Source of the DNA: a virus
DNA: 45,026 bases
UHGV virus genome: UHGV-1710001
Reading direction: 5' to 3' (one strand)
Below are positions 1-10,234 of the stretch, piece by piece. A model generated the notes under the pieces. The model was not told the DNA's origin and did not search any database. It worked only from the letters and a program-made list of their open reading frames with translations. Made by a program: the position numbers and the translations under genes. Positions within the stretch are counted from its first letter, which is position 1. Every line of letters begins with the position of its first letter.

Positions 1-13
1 AAAGGAGAGTGAT

Positions 14-529
14 ATGGCGTTAACACACCGCGAACTCTGTCAGATTGCGTATAAGTTCCTTAAGCGCAACGGGTTCAAGGTTTGTTTTCATGACCGCTTT
101 ATAGCTGTAACCAGTACCGGAGAACAGCCAGATGCTATGGGATTCAGAAATTCAGCATCATGCCTGATAGAGGCGAAGTGTTCTCGTGCTGACTTGTTGG
201 CAGATAGAAAAAAGCGTTTTCGTAAAAATCCATCTCTTGGAATGGGCGACTGGCGATTCTTTATTAGTGAGCCGGGAATTATTTCAGTTGAGGATTTACC
301 ACCTGGCTGGGGATTACTTCACGTTGTTAACGGAAGAGTACGGAAAGTACATGGGTGGCCCAAGGGTAATTGCTGTTGGGGTAATCCTGACGATAAGCCA
401 TTTACTGGAAATAAGCAGGTTGAATGCGATTACATGTTATCTGCATTAAGGCGCATGGAGTTGAGAGGGCACCTTAATGAAATATATGACGGTGTAATTG
501 TTAATAAGAAAGAAGGAAACGCGGCATGA
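14..529 (+). CDS. hypothetical protein with PD-(D/E)xK nuclease-like motif
   Basis: 171-aa ORF with AGGAG RBS at 3-7; motif GEQPDAMGF...CLIEAK fits the PD...ExK restriction-endonuclease-fold signature. Family not assignable without a search. Confidence 0.5.
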   Translation: MALTHRELCQIAYKFLKRNGFKVCFHDRFIAVTSTGEQPDAMGFRNSASCLIEAKCSRADLLADRKKRFRKNPSLGMGDWRFFISEPGIISVEDLPPGWGLLHVVNGRVRKVHGWPKGNCCWGNPDDKPFTGNKQVECDYMLSALRRMELRGHLNEIYDGVIVNKKEGNAA

Positions 530-1095
530 CCACTATTACCAAAGAGCGACTGCTGACAATCAAGCAGTGGCGCGAAACATACGGACCTGGTAGCAACGTT
601 GTACTGCCAGCAGAAGAAGCGGAAGAACTGGCACGAATTGCTCTGGCATCGCTGGAAGCAGAGCCTGTAAACCAAACTTACAACTTACCAGAATTAATCG
701 AAGGCATGGAAGTTTCCATTGATGTAAGCACTTGTGATGCTGATTTAGGTAATCGCTATTTCGGCACCGTCACCGAGGCGTTAGAACTTGATACAGCCAA
801 GAATGGTTACATCCTCCTGGTTCAGGACGCAGAGCCAAACTTCGATGTAAATGGCAACTCTCCGGTAACTCCGGATGGCTGGATAAGCTGTAGTGAGCGA
901 ATGCCGGATACCAAAACAGCCGTTCTTGTTGCCAGGGAGTTTGACAGGAAAGGTGACTGGCGAATGAAATGGGCGACTTACATCCCGGGGCATCCTGACG
1001 CTAATGATGGGTGGGTAATACCTGGTGCGTCGTGGATACCATCACACTGGATGCCGCTACCAGAACCGCCGCAGGAGGCGAAAAGATGGATGTAA
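526..1095 (+). CDS. phage hypothetical protein, DUF551-like C-terminal Trp-rich domain
   Basis: 189-aa ORF overlapping the upstream stop by 4 nt (ATGA coupling); C-terminal W/P-rich segment typical of small phage DUF551 proteins. Confidence 0.45.
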   Translation: MTTITKERLLTIKQWRETYGPGSNVVLPAEEAEELARIALASLEAEPVNQTYNLPELIEGMEVSIDVSTCDADLGNRYFGTVTEALELDTAKNGYILLVQDAEPNFDVNGNSPVTPDGWISCSERMPDTKTAVLVAREFDRKGDWRMKWATYIPGHPDANDGWVIPGASWIPSHWMPLPEPPQEAKRWM

Positions 1096-1343
1096 AAGAG
1101 AAGGTTTTGCAGGTGATGCGTTACCGGGCTGCCCTGCAAGATAAAGCTCTCGGCGGGGAATATCCATTCAGGATGGCAACCTGGAATCTGCGGTTGGCAA
1201 TGGAGAAGGCATTTCCTGATGAAGAATGGCGTTCGGCAGATTTGCGCAAAATTCTTATGGAGCTGGCTAAAGACGGAACAGTATCCAAAGATACCCATGC
1301 CAGCCGGATTGGTCAGGCGGTATGGAGACTGGAGGTGAGGTAA
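1086..1343 (+). CDS. hypothetical protein (85 aa)
   Basis: In-frame ATG at 1086 preceded by AGGAGG; the longer 1011 start in the ORF track overlaps the upstream gene and has no RBS. Confidence 0.4.
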   Translation: MDVKEKVLQVMRYRAALQDKALGGEYPFRMATWNLRLAMEKAFPDEEWRSADLRKILMELAKDGTVSKDTHASRIGQAVWRLEVR

Positions 1344-1624
1344 TGGCTAACCTGCAACTTGCCGTTAAAGGTGAATACTTCGATGCCATGATTCGCGGGG
1401 AGAAAACGGAAGAGTATCGCCTGTGTAATGACTACTGGAATAAGCGCCTCGTTAACCGTAAGTATTACCGCCTGATTATCACAAAGGGATATCCGAAGCG
1501 CAAAGACTTCAGTCGCAGAATTGACGTCCCGTATAACGGATATGAAATAAAAACAATCACACATCCACACTTCGGTGATAAACCGGTAAAGGTGTTCGCG
1601 ATAAAAGTGAAGATTAATAGCTAA
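1343..1624 (+). CDS. hypothetical protein, ASCH/DUF3850-like
   Basis: ATG at 1343 preceded by GGAGGTGAGG; N-terminus MANLQLAVKGEYFDAMIRGEKTEEYR resembles ASCH-type small RNA-binding domains. Confidence 0.4.
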   Translation: MANLQLAVKGEYFDAMIRGEKTEEYRLCNDYWNKRLVNRKYYRLIITKGYPKRKDFSRRIDVPYNGYEIKTITHPHFGDKPVKVFAIKVKINS

Positions 1625-1647
1625 ATTTCAATTAACACGGAGTAATT

Positions 1648-1941
1648 ATGTGGCGCGGTAATAATCATGGCGGAAGTCAGATGATACTTACCGAATATAC
1701 GTTCGACCACAAAACCAATAAATCACGTTCAGTATATTTGCTTCGGCACAATAGCCGTGTAAGAAATACCGTTCTGGAGCAAAATCTGACCGTTGAAATG
1801 GATAATTTGGGAAACTTCAAGCCAACAATATCGCTTGATGATTTTCCGTGTGGTTTAAGCGAAAGAGAAGCAATGCTGAAATTAGCAGAATGGCTACAAA
1901 GATTAAGCATTGCTATTGAAGATAACTGGTCTGAACCTTAA
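1648..1941 (+). CDS. hypothetical protein (97 aa)
   Basis: ORF with GGAG RBS 7 nt upstream of ATG 1648. Confidence 0.4.
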   Translation: MWRGNNHGGSQMILTEYTFDHKTNKSRSVYLLRHNSRVRNTVLEQNLTVEMDNLGNFKPTISLDDFPCGLSEREAMLKLAEWLQRLSIAIEDNWSEP

Positions 1942-1947
1942 ATTAAT

Positions 1948-2322
1948 ATGATGACACTAAAACATTTTCTTGACCGCCCATTATGGGCGGCAGCCGCAGG
2001 CTATGACTTTAATTATATGGATTGCATGTCTTATACTGCCAATGCATACGACCATTCGTTCAGCCTGCTGTTTAATTCTTTAAGAATATTGCCGGAAACA
2101 GAAGTTGGAGAGCTTCATTTATGGATATTGGGCTTTATCGCGGCTGGAGTTGGTATTGCCGTATGGCCTTTTATTTTCTGGCTGGTGGCTGTTGTAGTGT
2201 GGTTTAAGTGCAAGACGTACCGGAGAAAGTATTTCTTAGGTGATGGAATGACTGATATTGCCAAAATGAACATTGAAAAATGGACTAAGGAATGTGAAAA
2301 GAAATGGCGCAAAAAGAAATGA
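1948..2322 (+). CDS. hypothetical membrane protein (124 aa)
   Basis: Hydrophobic segment WILGFIAAGVGIAVWPFIFWLVAVVVWF consistent with a transmembrane helix. Confidence 0.4.
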   Translation: MMTLKHFLDRPLWAAAAGYDFNYMDCMSYTANAYDHSFSLLFNSLRILPETEVGELHLWILGFIAAGVGIAVWPFIFWLVAVVVWFKCKTYRRKYFLGDGMTDIAKMNIEKWTKECEKKWRKKK

Positions 2323-3242
2323 CCAGAATCACTGAAGAGCGTATATCAGAGATTATTTCCCGTATCGAAATGTATGGTCACGGTGCTGGATATACGGCAG
2401 ATGAAGTATTGGCACTTGCCCAAATGGTTTTGGCGGCTTGCAAAGATGATAAAAAAATGAAGTTTATCGACTTGTTAGTGAAGGAGCTGCCTAAGTGCGG
2501 CGGGTGGCCTGATGGAATGAGTTATTGTTACCTACCCAGTGTCAATTTAATGGCACCATGCGCGACTTTTGCTTTTGGCTCAGACCACAAAAAAGACACT
2601 TTCTTTGGGCGCAATTTTTGTTGTGATATTGAGCTTCCAATTGGTGACCTTGATAGCGATGAATACCAGTCAGTTGTCACTCGCGAACAATACGAATCAG
2701 CTCTCATAGCGTCGCAGAAAGTCGAGTTCAATGGTGATGAACTTGAAAGTAAGACTTACAGGTTGGATTTTGGGCAATGGCTGGAACAGCAACGCGGGAA
2801 AATCGATGTGGACTGTGGTTGTGTGTCCACTGAAACATTCATGCACTGGCTGCGGGTAGCTTACGAGGCTGGCAACTATCCGGATATTCCGGATAGTTCG
2901 GTGCCAGCGCCAGGAAAGGGCGTCACCGGTGAACGTATCCGCATTAAGCCGCATGTTTATCGCGAACTGGTTAACCGTCTCCACGATACAGCGATCAAGT
3001 GTGCTGGCACCCAGCAATTACGAGAAAGAATTAGCCGTGTTTTGGGCGACGTTATTACGCCATATCATCATAAACAAGCCGAGAAAAGCGGTCTGGAAAG
3101 GTGTCGCCTTGAGGCGGCATTAAACATTAAGCCGGGGCATACGCTTGGCATTATTGATGCACTATTGGTTCATAAGATGGCCAGGGCTTTATTGCCGCTG
3201 GTGGCTGAAAAGCATGAGGTGGACCATGCCAACGAAAGCTGA
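2304..3242 (+). CDS. hypothetical protein (312 aa)
   Basis: Long ORF co-oriented with neighbours; no recognisable motif. Confidence 0.45.
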   Translation: MAQKEMTRITEERISEIISRIEMYGHGAGYTADEVLALAQMVLAACKDDKKMKFIDLLVKELPKCGGWPDGMSYCYLPSVNLMAPCATFAFGSDHKKDTFFGRNFCCDIELPIGDLDSDEYQSVVTREQYESALIASQKVEFNGDELESKTYRLDFGQWLEQQRGKIDVDCGCVSTETFMHWLRVAYEAGNYPDIPDSSVPAPGKGVTGERIRIKPHVYRELVNRLHDTAIKCAGTQQLRERISRVLGDVITPYHHKQAEKSGLERCRLEAALNIKPGHTLGIIDALLVHKMARALLPLVAEKHEVDHANES

Positions 3243-3510
3243 ATTACAGGTGCGCGTAGATGAGCTTGAAAAAGAGAACGCGAGCCTCAAAAAAATGCTG
3301 TCGCGGGCGGAAAGGGAATTATCAGGCAAATTATTGCCAGAAGAACTGCCACCAGCAGATATACCTGATCGAGTGTCCTGGTGGATGAAGTATTTCCGTG
3401 CACCGTGGGAGGCGTTTTGGTGCTACGACCATCGCAGATGGTGTGATGAACTTGATAGCAATTTTCCCTACTTTGCGGAAGGGAACACCTGCCCTCAATG
3501 CAGGGGATAG
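3226..3510 (+). CDS. hypothetical coiled-coil protein (94 aa)
   Basis: ATG 3226 preceded by GAGGTGG; the 3145 start in the ORF track overlaps the preceding gene by about 100 nt; heptad-like ELQVRVDELEKENASLKKMLSRAERELS. Confidence 0.35.
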   Translation: MPTKAELQVRVDELEKENASLKKMLSRAERELSGKLLPEELPPADIPDRVSWWMKYFRAPWEAFWCYDHRRWCDELDSNFPYFAEGNTCPQCRG

Positions 3511-3845
3511 CATTTGACGAAATCGATCACCCTATCCTGAACTTCAGAAAGAAGGTCTTTTTCACGCGCCAGGACGTCAGGATATTGACGTTCTGGCCTT
3601 ACCAGATGCCGGAGCTTCCCATTAAGCAGAATGGCCTCAGAAAACACTTTTACGCTGTGCTTTATCCCCTCTGTTTCACTTTTCAGCGTCAAAATAAAGC
3701 GCAATTGCTTATTAGCCTGATTCGGATTCAATACACGAATTTGCAGTTCGTCTATGCTGTTCCGCAATGGGATTGATGCTACCACACTGGTGCAGTCTCT
3801 GATTGTCTGAATTGAACGGCTAACATTGAGAACGTTATTGTGCAT
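3495..3845 (-). CDS. hypothetical protein (116 aa), divergent from hot
   Basis: Minus-strand ORF in the interval before hot; no motif recognised. Confidence 0.3.
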   Translation of the reverse strand: MHNNVLNVSRSIQTIRDCTSVVASIPLRNSIDELQIRVLNPNQANKQLRFILTLKSETEGIKHSVKVFSEAILLNGKLRHLVRPERQYPDVLAREKDLLSEVQDRVIDFVKCYPLH

Positions 3846-3877
3846 GTGCCTGATCCACTAACTCCTGGAGGTTTCTT

Positions 3878-4129
3878 GTGTCAGATCGAAATATAGCAGC
3901 TAAAAGCCAGGAAGAGCGAGACAAGGTGAACGTAGACCTTGCCGCCAGCGGCGTTGCTTACAAAGAACGGCTGAATATACCTGTGATTGCAGAGCAGGTG
4001 GCTCGTGAGCAACCGGAAAACCTGCGCGCCTATTTCATGGAACGGCTACGGCACTACCGGCAGTTAAGCCTCCAGTTGCCAAAAGGGAGCGATCCGGTGT
4101 ATCAGAACGAGGATGCACCAAAAAAATAA
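3878..4129 (+). CDS. hot: DNA polymerase III theta-subunit (HolE) homolog
   Basis: 83-aa ORF with GTG start after CTGGAGG RBS; segment [33 protein letters not shown] closely matches recalled E. coli HolE ([27 protein letters not shown]). Confidence 0.7.
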   Translation: MSDRNIAAKSQEERDKVNVDLAASGVAYKERLNIPVIAEQVAREQPENLRAYFMERLRHYRQLSLQLPKGSDPVYQNEDAPKK

Positions 4130-4214
4130 CGGCAAGATGGGGGAGAAATGTGATTAGCCCCCAGCGTGGCGCGCCTACAAACCCCGCTTTCACAAACTAT
4201 GCCTTTTCAATGTA

Positions 4215-4234
4215 TACTGTATGAATAAACAGTA
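4215..4234. promoter_or_regulatory. LexA (SOS) box upstream of humD
   Basis: TACTGTATGAATAAACAGTA matches CTGT-N8-ACAG with consensus flanks TACTGT...ACAGTA; lies about 20 bp upstream of the humD start. Confidence 0.7.
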
Positions 4235-4252
4235 TCATTGAGGTAAAACGCT

Positions 4253-4642
4253 ATGGGCTTCCCTTCTCCTGCGGCGGATTATGTTGAAAGCCGAATTTCT
4301 CTTGATCAGCAGATAATTAGACATCCTTCAGCGACCTACTTCATGCGGGCAGCTGATAGCCATCACCGTGAGGGAATATTGCAGGGAGCTTTGCTGGTGG
4401 TTGATTCCTCGCTTACTCCGGTTGATGGTTCTCTGCTTGTGTGCGCTATGGAGGGTGAATATCGCATAAAGAGATACAGGAAGTATCCGCGCCAGCACCT
4501 GGAGGACTTAAGCACCGGGAAGAAAGAGGCGTTACCAGTAGATGACGATGGATACACGGGCAGCAATGCTGTTTTTGGTGTGATCACTCATGTCATCAAT
4601 GATGCCCGAAGTGGGGAGTTTGATGATTGTCCGGTTATTTAA
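4253..4642 (+). CDS. humD: UmuD-like S24 peptidase / translesion-synthesis accessory protein
   Basis: 129-aa ORF with LexA/UmuD-type C-terminal domain; preceded by a LexA box as in P1 humD. Confidence 0.75.
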   Translation: MGFPSPAADYVESRISLDQQIIRHPSATYFMRAADSHHREGILQGALLVVDSSLTPVDGSLLVCAMEGEYRIKRYRKYPRQHLEDLSTGKKEALPVDDDGYTGSNAVFGVITHVINDARSGEFDDCPVI

Positions 4643-4683
4643 GCTGCAAAGGGCTGGTGCTTTATACCTGTGAAGTTTATAAT

Positions 4684-4707
4684 TGTGTACACATAACGAG
4701 TACATGA
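4684..4707. promoter_or_regulatory. phd-doc operator palindromes
   Basis: Perfect 10-bp palindrome TGTGTACACA followed by a GAGTACATG half-site directly upstream of phd. Confidence 0.5.
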
Positions 4708-4714
4708 GGTGTTT

Positions 4715-4936
4715 ATGCAATCCATTAACTTCCGTACCGCGCGCGGCAACCTTTCTGAAGTGCTCAACAATGTTGAAGCCGGGGAAGAGGTTGAAATCAC
4801 CCGCAGAGGCCGTGAGCCAGCAGTAATTGTCAGCAAGGCTACTTTTGAAGCCTACAAAAAAGCGGCGCTGGATGCTGAATTTGCATCCCTGTTTGACACC
4901 CTGGACTCCACCAACAAGGAACTGGTTAACCGATAA
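4715..4936 (+). CDS. phd: Phd antitoxin (prevent host death)
   Basis: 73-aa product [39 protein letters not shown]... matches recalled P1 Phd; stop overlaps the doc start by 1 nt (TAATG). Confidence 0.9.
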   Translation: MQSINFRTARGNLSEVLNNVEAGEEVEITRRGREPAVIVSKATFEAYKKAALDAEFASLFDTLDSTNKELVNR

Positions 4937-5316
4937 TGAGGCATATATCACCGGAAGAACTTATTGCGCTTCATGATGCGAATATAAACCGCTACGGCGG
5001 CCTGCCGGGAATGTCTGATCCGGGTAGGGCAGAGGCCATTATCGGGAGAGTTCAGGCCAGAGTTGCCTACGAAGAGATCACCGACCTTTTCGAAGTCTCC
5101 GCCACCTACCTGGTGGCTACAGCGAGAGGGCATATATTCAATGATGCCAATAAGCGTACCGCGCTAAACAGTGCGCTGCTATTTCTACGCCGTAACGGGG
5201 TGCAGGTATTTGATTCACCTGAACTGGCAGACCTTACCGTAGGGACTGCGACAGGCGAGATATCTGTATCTACTGTCGCCGCCACGTTACGTAGATTGTA
5301 TGGTTCTGCGGAGTAG
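4936..5316 (+). CDS. doc: Doc toxin (Fic-fold kinase, death on curing)
   Basis: 126-aa product [39 protein letters not shown]... matches recalled P1 Doc; classic phd-doc arrangement. Confidence 0.9.
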
Positions 5317-5320
5317 ATTA

Positions 5321-5500
5321 ATGGCACGCAAATACAACAAATTGTCCCGTGAAGCGTTAAAGATGCTTCTTGATGGCGTGAGTCGCCGCAAGGTAAAGCA
5401 ATACCTGGTTGGTAAGCAAATTGGAGTCAGGACCGCTATTGCTGTGTTATGCCGTCAGGAAATGGTTGTGCTTAAACAGAGAATGCCGGGCAGCAGATAA
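5321..5500 (+). CDS. small basic protein downstream of doc (possible P1 pdcA equivalent)
   Basis: ATG 5321 just after the doc stop with GGAG 8 nt upstream; 59 aa, Lys/Arg-rich; pdcA assignment is by position only. Confidence 0.35.
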   Translation: MARKYNKLSREALKMLLDGVSRRKVKQYLVGKQIGVRTAIAVLCRQEMVVLKQRMPGSR

Positions 5501-5527
5501 AGCCCAATCAGTGATTAAAGGTGTGAT

Positions 5528-6571
5528 GTGAAAGCCGTAATTACTCCCTTTGTACAGAAAGAGCTTGGCCTCGCCACGTTCAAAGTGGATCAGGAGGTCA
5601 GAAAGCTGGTGGAGGCTGGCCGTAAATTTATTATGGAGCCGGTGCCGCGTGAGTTAATCGAGCACATGGAAGACGGCCTCGTTGTTACCGAGCAAACCAT
5701 GGCAACAAATGAGGCGTTGCAGCCGTTTTTTAACAGCGATGAACTGTTTCGCCGTATTGGTGGAATTGACTCGCTGGTGGCGTGGTTGCGCAGGAAAGAG
5801 GGGCAATGCCAGGCCGCAGATCGTAGCTGGTGTGACAACCATATTGTCCACGCAGAACGAGACAATAGCGCGGTGTTGTTGTGCTGGCATCACGATAACC
5901 ATTACCGGATGCGTGGTTTTAATGAGCTGAAAGAAACGCTGCACAATAATCGCGTTAACTGGATACTGGATGTCGCCCGTCAGGAAATGGGCCTTTCAAA
6001 TAGCCATGATTTAAGTATTCAGGAGCTGTGCTGGTGGGCTTTCATGCGCAACATGATGCACCTGATGCCGGAAGAAGTCTGCCGCATATCAATAAATAAG
6101 ATGAAGGCTACTCCGCAGGATAGCGGACCTCTGAAAGAGGCGGATATTCGCCCGTATGACGATCGCGCTACAGCATATGTTCAGATGATGGAAGAACGCG
6201 CCGCGCCGATGCGTGCAAAAGTATGCCCTGTGGATGTTGACTCCGACCCAGGTATGGCGCATTTCAAAATACCAAAACTTCAATCGCTAAAATTGCCCGA
6301 GTACATGGACTTTGTGGCTTCCCGTCCATGCTGTGGCTGTGGAGCTGCGGGAGCTGGCGCTCACATTACGCCTTATATCGTTCGTCATAGTCGATTATGC
6401 GCGCATGACATTTATGCTATTCCTCTGTGCCAGTCATGCCAGCGTGATATTGAGCGTGACCGCGATAATTGGGAGAAGACGCACGGTAGGCTGGCGATGC
6501 ATCAACGATTGTTCTTTGATTACGCGCTTGGAGTCGGCGCTATCACAAGTCACTCGTCGAGCGTTAGATAA
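5528..6571 (+). CDS. hypothetical Cys/His-rich protein (possible P1 pdcB equivalent)
   Basis: 347-aa ORF with GTG start; C-terminal cluster CCGCG...[15 protein letters not shown] and His-rich segment [26 protein letters not shown] suggest metal binding. Confidence 0.5.
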   Translation: MKAVITPFVQKELGLATFKVDQEVRKLVEAGRKFIMEPVPRELIEHMEDGLVVTEQTMATNEALQPFFNSDELFRRIGGIDSLVAWLRRKEGQCQAADRSWCDNHIVHAERDNSAVLLCWHHDNHYRMRGFNELKETLHNNRVNWILDVARQEMGLSNSHDLSIQELCWWAFMRNMMHLMPEEVCRISINKMKATPQDSGPLKEADIRPYDDRATAYVQMMEERAAPMRAKVCPVDVDSDPGMAHFKIPKLQSLKLPEYMDFVASRPCCGCGAAGAGAHITPYIVRHSRLCAHDIYAIPLCQSCQRDIERDRDNWEKTHGRLAMHQRLFFDYALGVGAITSHSSSVR

Positions 6572-6572
6572 A

Positions 6573-6589
6573 ATTGCTCTAATGTATTG
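6573..6589 (+). promoter_or_regulatory. C1 repressor operator upstream of lpa
   Basis: ATTGCTCTAATGTATTG, 14/17 match to the recalled C1 operator ATTGCTCTAATAAATTT. Confidence 0.6.
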
Positions 6590-6659
6590 CTATTTCTTTA
6601 ATCGAGGGTATTATATTCCACGTTGATTAGTTGACATGGGCTAATCAGTAGGTGACAGG

Positions 6660-7112
6660 ATGTTACTTAACTGGCAGGGACGCCACTTCATGGAAATAAA
6701 TCACTCACGAATAACATCGTACGAGATTGCGGATTACATGATCCGCACTAAATCTCTTCTATCAGCGAAAGAGCTCGCAGCAATTCTTGAAAAGGAATAC
6801 CCGCATCTGGATGTCGATAAGCGCGATGTTTATCTGCGCTTAAAGGCTATCGCTGTGTCTAAGTATTCGTCTGTTTTGATTGATGACAGTACACGCCCAC
6901 GTAGATTTCAGATCCACTCTCTGAATCCTGAATTCTTTCGCCGTAGCCGCGCTCCGCGCCGGTTTGATGAAAAACTCCAGAACGAACTCTATATGACGCA
7001 GGACGAAAAGGAACGCCGGGAGCACCAGCCTTGGGTAATGGCGCGTCAACTTTTCAATAAGGTGGCCCGTCAGCACCGTCATTACGGTAATGCCACATCC
7101 GCACGTATCTGA
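6660..7112 (+). CDS. lpa: late promoter activator (Lpa)-like protein
   Basis: 150-aa ORF (alternative ATG at 6690) immediately upstream of pacA and behind a C1 operator, as for P1 lpa; assignment by position. Confidence 0.5.
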   Translation: MLLNWQGRHFMEINHSRITSYEIADYMIRTKSLLSAKELAAILEKEYPHLDVDKRDVYLRLKAIAVSKYSSVLIDDSTRPRRFQIHSLNPEFFRRSRAPRRFDEKLQNELYMTQDEKERREHQPWVMARQLFNKVARQHRHYGNATSARI

Positions 7113-7197
7113 TTGATTGCTTGCCCGTTCCGGGCCTTTTGACATGTGACTTTCGTTACCCTCGCGTCAAAAAGAGTTTTTACGAAAGGAAGCATAA

Positions 7198-8391
7198 GTG
7201 ACCTGGGACGATCACAAGAAGAATTTTGCTCGCCTGGCGCGAGATGGTGGTTACACCATCGCACAGTATGCCGCCGAGTTTAATCTTAACCCTAATACTG
7301 CACGTCGTTATCTCCGTGCCTTCAAAGAAGACACCAGGACAGCGGACAGCCGCAAGCCAAATAAGCCAGTCAGGAAGCCACTAAAAAGCATGATCATTGA
7401 TCACTCTAATGATCAACATGCAGGTGATCACATTGCGGCTGAAATAGCGGAAAAACAAAGGGTTAATGCCGTTGTCAGTGCCGCAGTCGAGAACGCTAAG
7501 CGCCAAAATAAGCGCATAAATGATCGTTCTGATGATCATGACGTGATCATCCGCGCCCACCGTACCTTACGTGATCGCCTGGAACGCGACACCCTGGATG
7601 ATGATGGTGAACGCTTTGAATTCGAAGCTGGCGATTACCTGATAGATAACGTTGAAGCGCGGAAGGCCGCGCGCGCTATGTTGCGTCGGTCCGGGGCCGA
7701 TGTTCTGGAAACCACTCTTCTGGAAAAGTCTCTTTCTCATCTCCTTATGCTGGAGAACGCCAGGGATACGTGTATTCGCCTGGTGCAGGAAATGCGCGAT
7801 CAGCAAAAAGACGATGATGAAGGTACTCCGCCTGAATACCGTATCGCGAGCATGCTAAACAGCTGTTCCGCGCAGATAAGCAGCCTGATCAACACCATTT
7901 ACAGCATCCGGAATAACTATCGAAAAGAAAGCCGGGAGGCGGAAAAGCACGCTTTGTCTATGGGGCAAGCTGGCATTGTTAAGCTGGCATACGAACGAAA
8001 GCGTGAAAATAACTGGTCAGTGCTGGAAGCAGCTGAATTCATCGAGGCGCATGGCGGGAAAGTGCCGCCCCTGATGCTGGAGCAAATCAAAGCCGATCTG
8101 CGTGCTCCTAAGACCAATACCGATGATGAGGAAAGGCAAACTGCCGTCGGTGGCCCTTCTCTTGAAGATCTGGACAAAGTTGCGCGAGAACGGGCCGCCA
8201 ACCGCCGCGCCGATGCCGCATTGTGGATTGAGCAACGTAGGGAAGAAATCGCCGATATCGTTGATACAGGCGGTTATGGAGATGTTGATACTGAAGGTGT
8301 ATCAAACGACCCATGGCTGGAACAAGACCTGGACGAAGACGAGGAGGAAGACGAAGAAGTTACCCGCAAGCTATACGGGGATGATGATTAA
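7198..8391 (+). CDS. pacA: terminase small subunit PacA
   Basis: 397-aa ORF with GTG start, N-terminal HTH-like segment, acidic C-terminus; contains the pac site; size matches recalled P1 PacA. Confidence 0.8.
   Translation: MTWDDHKKNFARLARDGGYTIAQYAAEFNLNPNTARRYLRAFKEDTRTADSRKPNKPVRKPLKSMIIDHSNDQHAGDHIAAEIAEKQRVNAVVSAAVENAKRQNKRINDRSDDHDVIIRAHRTLRDRLERDTLDDDGERFEFEAGDYLIDNVEARKAARAMLRRSGADVLETTLLEKSLSHLLMLENARDTCIRLVQEMRDQQKDDDEGTPPEYRIASMLNSCSAQISSLINTIYSIRNNYRKESREAEKHALSMGQAGIVKLAYERKRENNWSVLEAAEFIEAHGGKVPPLMLEQIKADLRAPKTNTDDEERQTAVGGPSLEDLDKVARERAANRRADAALWIEQRREEIADIVDTGGYGDVDTEGVSNDPWLEQDLDEDEEEDEEVTRKLYGDDD
7391..7549. promoter_or_regulatory. pac packaging site with hexanucleotide repeats containing Dam GATC sites
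   Basis: Four TGATCA hexamers at about 7391, 7398, 7410 and 7425 and three TGATC(A/G) at about 7521, 7533 and 7544, separated by about 90 bp; matches the 4+3 architecture of P1 pac. Confidence 0.75.
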
Positions 8392-9875
8392 TGGCCAGAA
8401 GTTGCGTAACGGATCCACGTTGGCGCGAGCTGGTGGCGCTATATCGTTATGACTGGATTGCGGCCGCTGATGTTTTGTTCGGCAAAACACCTACCTGGCA
8501 GCAGGATCTGATTATTGAGTCTGTGCAGGAACAGGGTAGCAAGACATCTGTTTCGTCTGGTCACGGTACCGGGAAATCAGACATGACTTCTATCATGATC
8601 ATGTTGTTCATAATCATGTATCCCGGTGCCCGCGCCATTATCGTTGCGAACAAAATTCAGCAGGTAATGACCGGTATATTCAAGTACATCAAGATAAACT
8701 GGGCTACTGCCACCAGCCGTTTTCCATGGCTTGCTGATTATTTTGTTCTGACAGAAACCGCTTTCTATGAGGTTACTGGTAAAGGTGTATGGACTGTAGT
8801 ACCGAAGGGCTTTCGTCTGGGAAGTGAAGAAGCTCTCGCCGGTGAACACGCAGATCATCTTCTGTATATTATCGATGAAGCCTCCGGTGTCAGTGATAGA
8901 GCTTTCGGTATCATCACCGGTGCTCTTACCGGACAGGATAACCGCATCTTATTACTGTCACAGCCTACACGCCCAAGCGGCTATTTCTACGATACTCACC
9001 ATAAACTGGCCAAGCGTCCTGGTAACCCAGATGGCGTTTATACGGCGATCACGCTTAACAGTGAGGAATCACCGCTGGTAACGCCAGAATTTATCAAAAT
9101 GAAGCTGGCGGAGTACGGCGGGCGTGATAACCCTATGTACATGATTAAGGTACGCGGGCTATTCCCTAAATCACAGGACGGCTTCCTTCTTGGACGTGAT
9201 GAGGTTGAACGTGCGACGCGGCGGAAAGTCAAGATTGCCAAAGGATGGGGCTGGCTTGCATGTGTGGACGTTGCTGGTGGTACAGGACGGGATAAGTCCG
9301 TTATCAATATCATGATGGTGTCCGGCCAGCGAAATAAACGCCGTGTAATCAACTATCGAATGCTGGAATACACAGACGTTACAGAAACGCAGCTTGCCGC
9401 CAAAATTTTCGCAGAATGTAATCCTGAGCGATTCCCCAATATCACCATAGCGATAGACGGCGATGGCCTGGGTAAAGCAACGGCGGATCTGATGTACGAG
9501 TATTATGGTATTACCGTACAGCGTATACGCTGGGGTAAAAAGATGCATAGCCGTGAAGATAAGAGCCTGTACTTTGATAAACGTGCTTATGCCAATGTTC
9601 AAGCCGCAGAGGCCGTAAAATCTGGTCGTATGAGACTGGATAAGGGTAATGAAACTATTGAGGAAGCGTCGAAAATCCCTGTAGGGATTAACTCCGCAGG
9701 TCAATGGAAGGTGATGAGTAAGGAGGATATGAAGAAAAAACTCAACCTGCACTCACCAGACCATTGGGATACATATTGTTTCGCTATGCTGGCGGATTAT
9801 GTTCCCCAGGATGAAGTGCTTAGCGTCGAAGACGAAGCGCAGGTTGATGAAGCTCTGGCATGGCTTAATGAATGA
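8391..9875 (+). CDS. pacB: terminase large subunit PacB
   Basis: 494-aa ORF overlapping the pacA stop; Walker A SGHGTGKS, Walker [11 protein letters not shown]. Confidence 0.8.
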   Translation: MARSCVTDPRWRELVALYRYDWIAAADVLFGKTPTWQQDLIIESVQEQGSKTSVSSGHGTGKSDMTSIMIMLFIIMYPGARAIIVANKIQQVMTGIFKYIKINWATATSRFPWLADYFVLTETAFYEVTGKGVWTVVPKGFRLGSEEALAGEHADHLLYIIDEASGVSDRAFGIITGALTGQDNRILLLSQPTRPSGYFYDTHHKLAKRPGNPDGVYTAITLNSEESPLVTPEFIKMKLAEYGGRDNPMYMIKVRGLFPKSQDGFLLGRDEVERATRRKVKIAKGWGWLACVDVAGGTGRDKSVINIMMVSGQRNKRRVINYRMLEYTDVTETQLAAKIFAECNPERFPNITIAIDGDGLGKATADLMYEYYGITVQRIRWGKKMHSREDKSLYFDKRAYANVQAAEAVKSGRMRLDKGNETIEEASKIPVGINSAGQWKVMSKEDMKKKLNLHSPDHWDTYCFAMLADYVPQDEVLSVEDEAQVDEALAWLNE

Positions 9876-9878
9876 ATA

Positions 9879-9895
9879 TTTGCTCTAATAAATTG
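9879..9895 (+). promoter_or_regulatory. C1 operator-like site just after pacB
   Basis: TTTGCTCTAATAAATTG, 15/17 match to the C1 operator; positioned to control the downstream structured-RNA/ant unit. Confidence 0.5.
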
Positions 9896-10026
9896 TGTTT
9901 TTTAGCTACCGATGCTACATTGAACCTGACCTCTTGCGCCTTGTGGCATTTTCGGTTTATGCTTATCAGGCACCTCATTAAAACGGGTGCCGGGATTGAG
10001 ACCCCGGATAATGCAAAAGGCGACAC

Positions 10027-10049
10027 AGACGCCAAAAGCGTCTTTTTTT
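10027..10049 (+). terminator. intrinsic terminator-like hairpin plus T-run
   Basis: AGACGC-CAAAA-GCGTCT stem-loop followed by TTTTTTT. Confidence 0.45.
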
Positions 10050-10084
10050 GTGTCATGCCATCGCACAGCCATACGTAGCGTTTA

Positions 10085-10210
10085 GCTCAGAGATCAATGG
10101 TAGTGCTGGCTGGGCTGCCGAAAGGCAGGCCGGTTCCCTTTTGCGCCGGTAGTCTCAACCCAGTCAGTGCTACCGCCATTGAGATTGAGACCTCACGCGG
10201 TAGCTCCTTA
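10085..10210 (+). ncRNA. structured RNA region, candidate c4-like antisense RNA and target
   Basis: Extended imperfect inverted repeats (TCAATGGTAGTGCTGGCTGGG at about 10094-10114 against CCCAGTCAGTGCTACCGCCATTGA at about 10159-10182) and a GAAA-capped hairpin CTGCC-GAAA-GGCAG, directly upstream of a small ORF coupled to ant. Confidence 0.3.
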
Positions 10211-10234
10211 AATTAGCAAAAGGAGGCTGCCATT

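Noticed and set aside
4363-4951. Minus-strand ORFs (74, 139 and 65 aa) overlapping humD and phd
   Set aside because: Antisense to well-supported genes and without RBS or promoter features.
10081-10200. Possible tRNA gene in the structured region after pacB
   Set aside because: No consistent cloverleaf (acceptor stem, anticodon arm, T-loop GTTC) could be drawn; the self-complementarity fits an antisense-RNA/target arrangement better.
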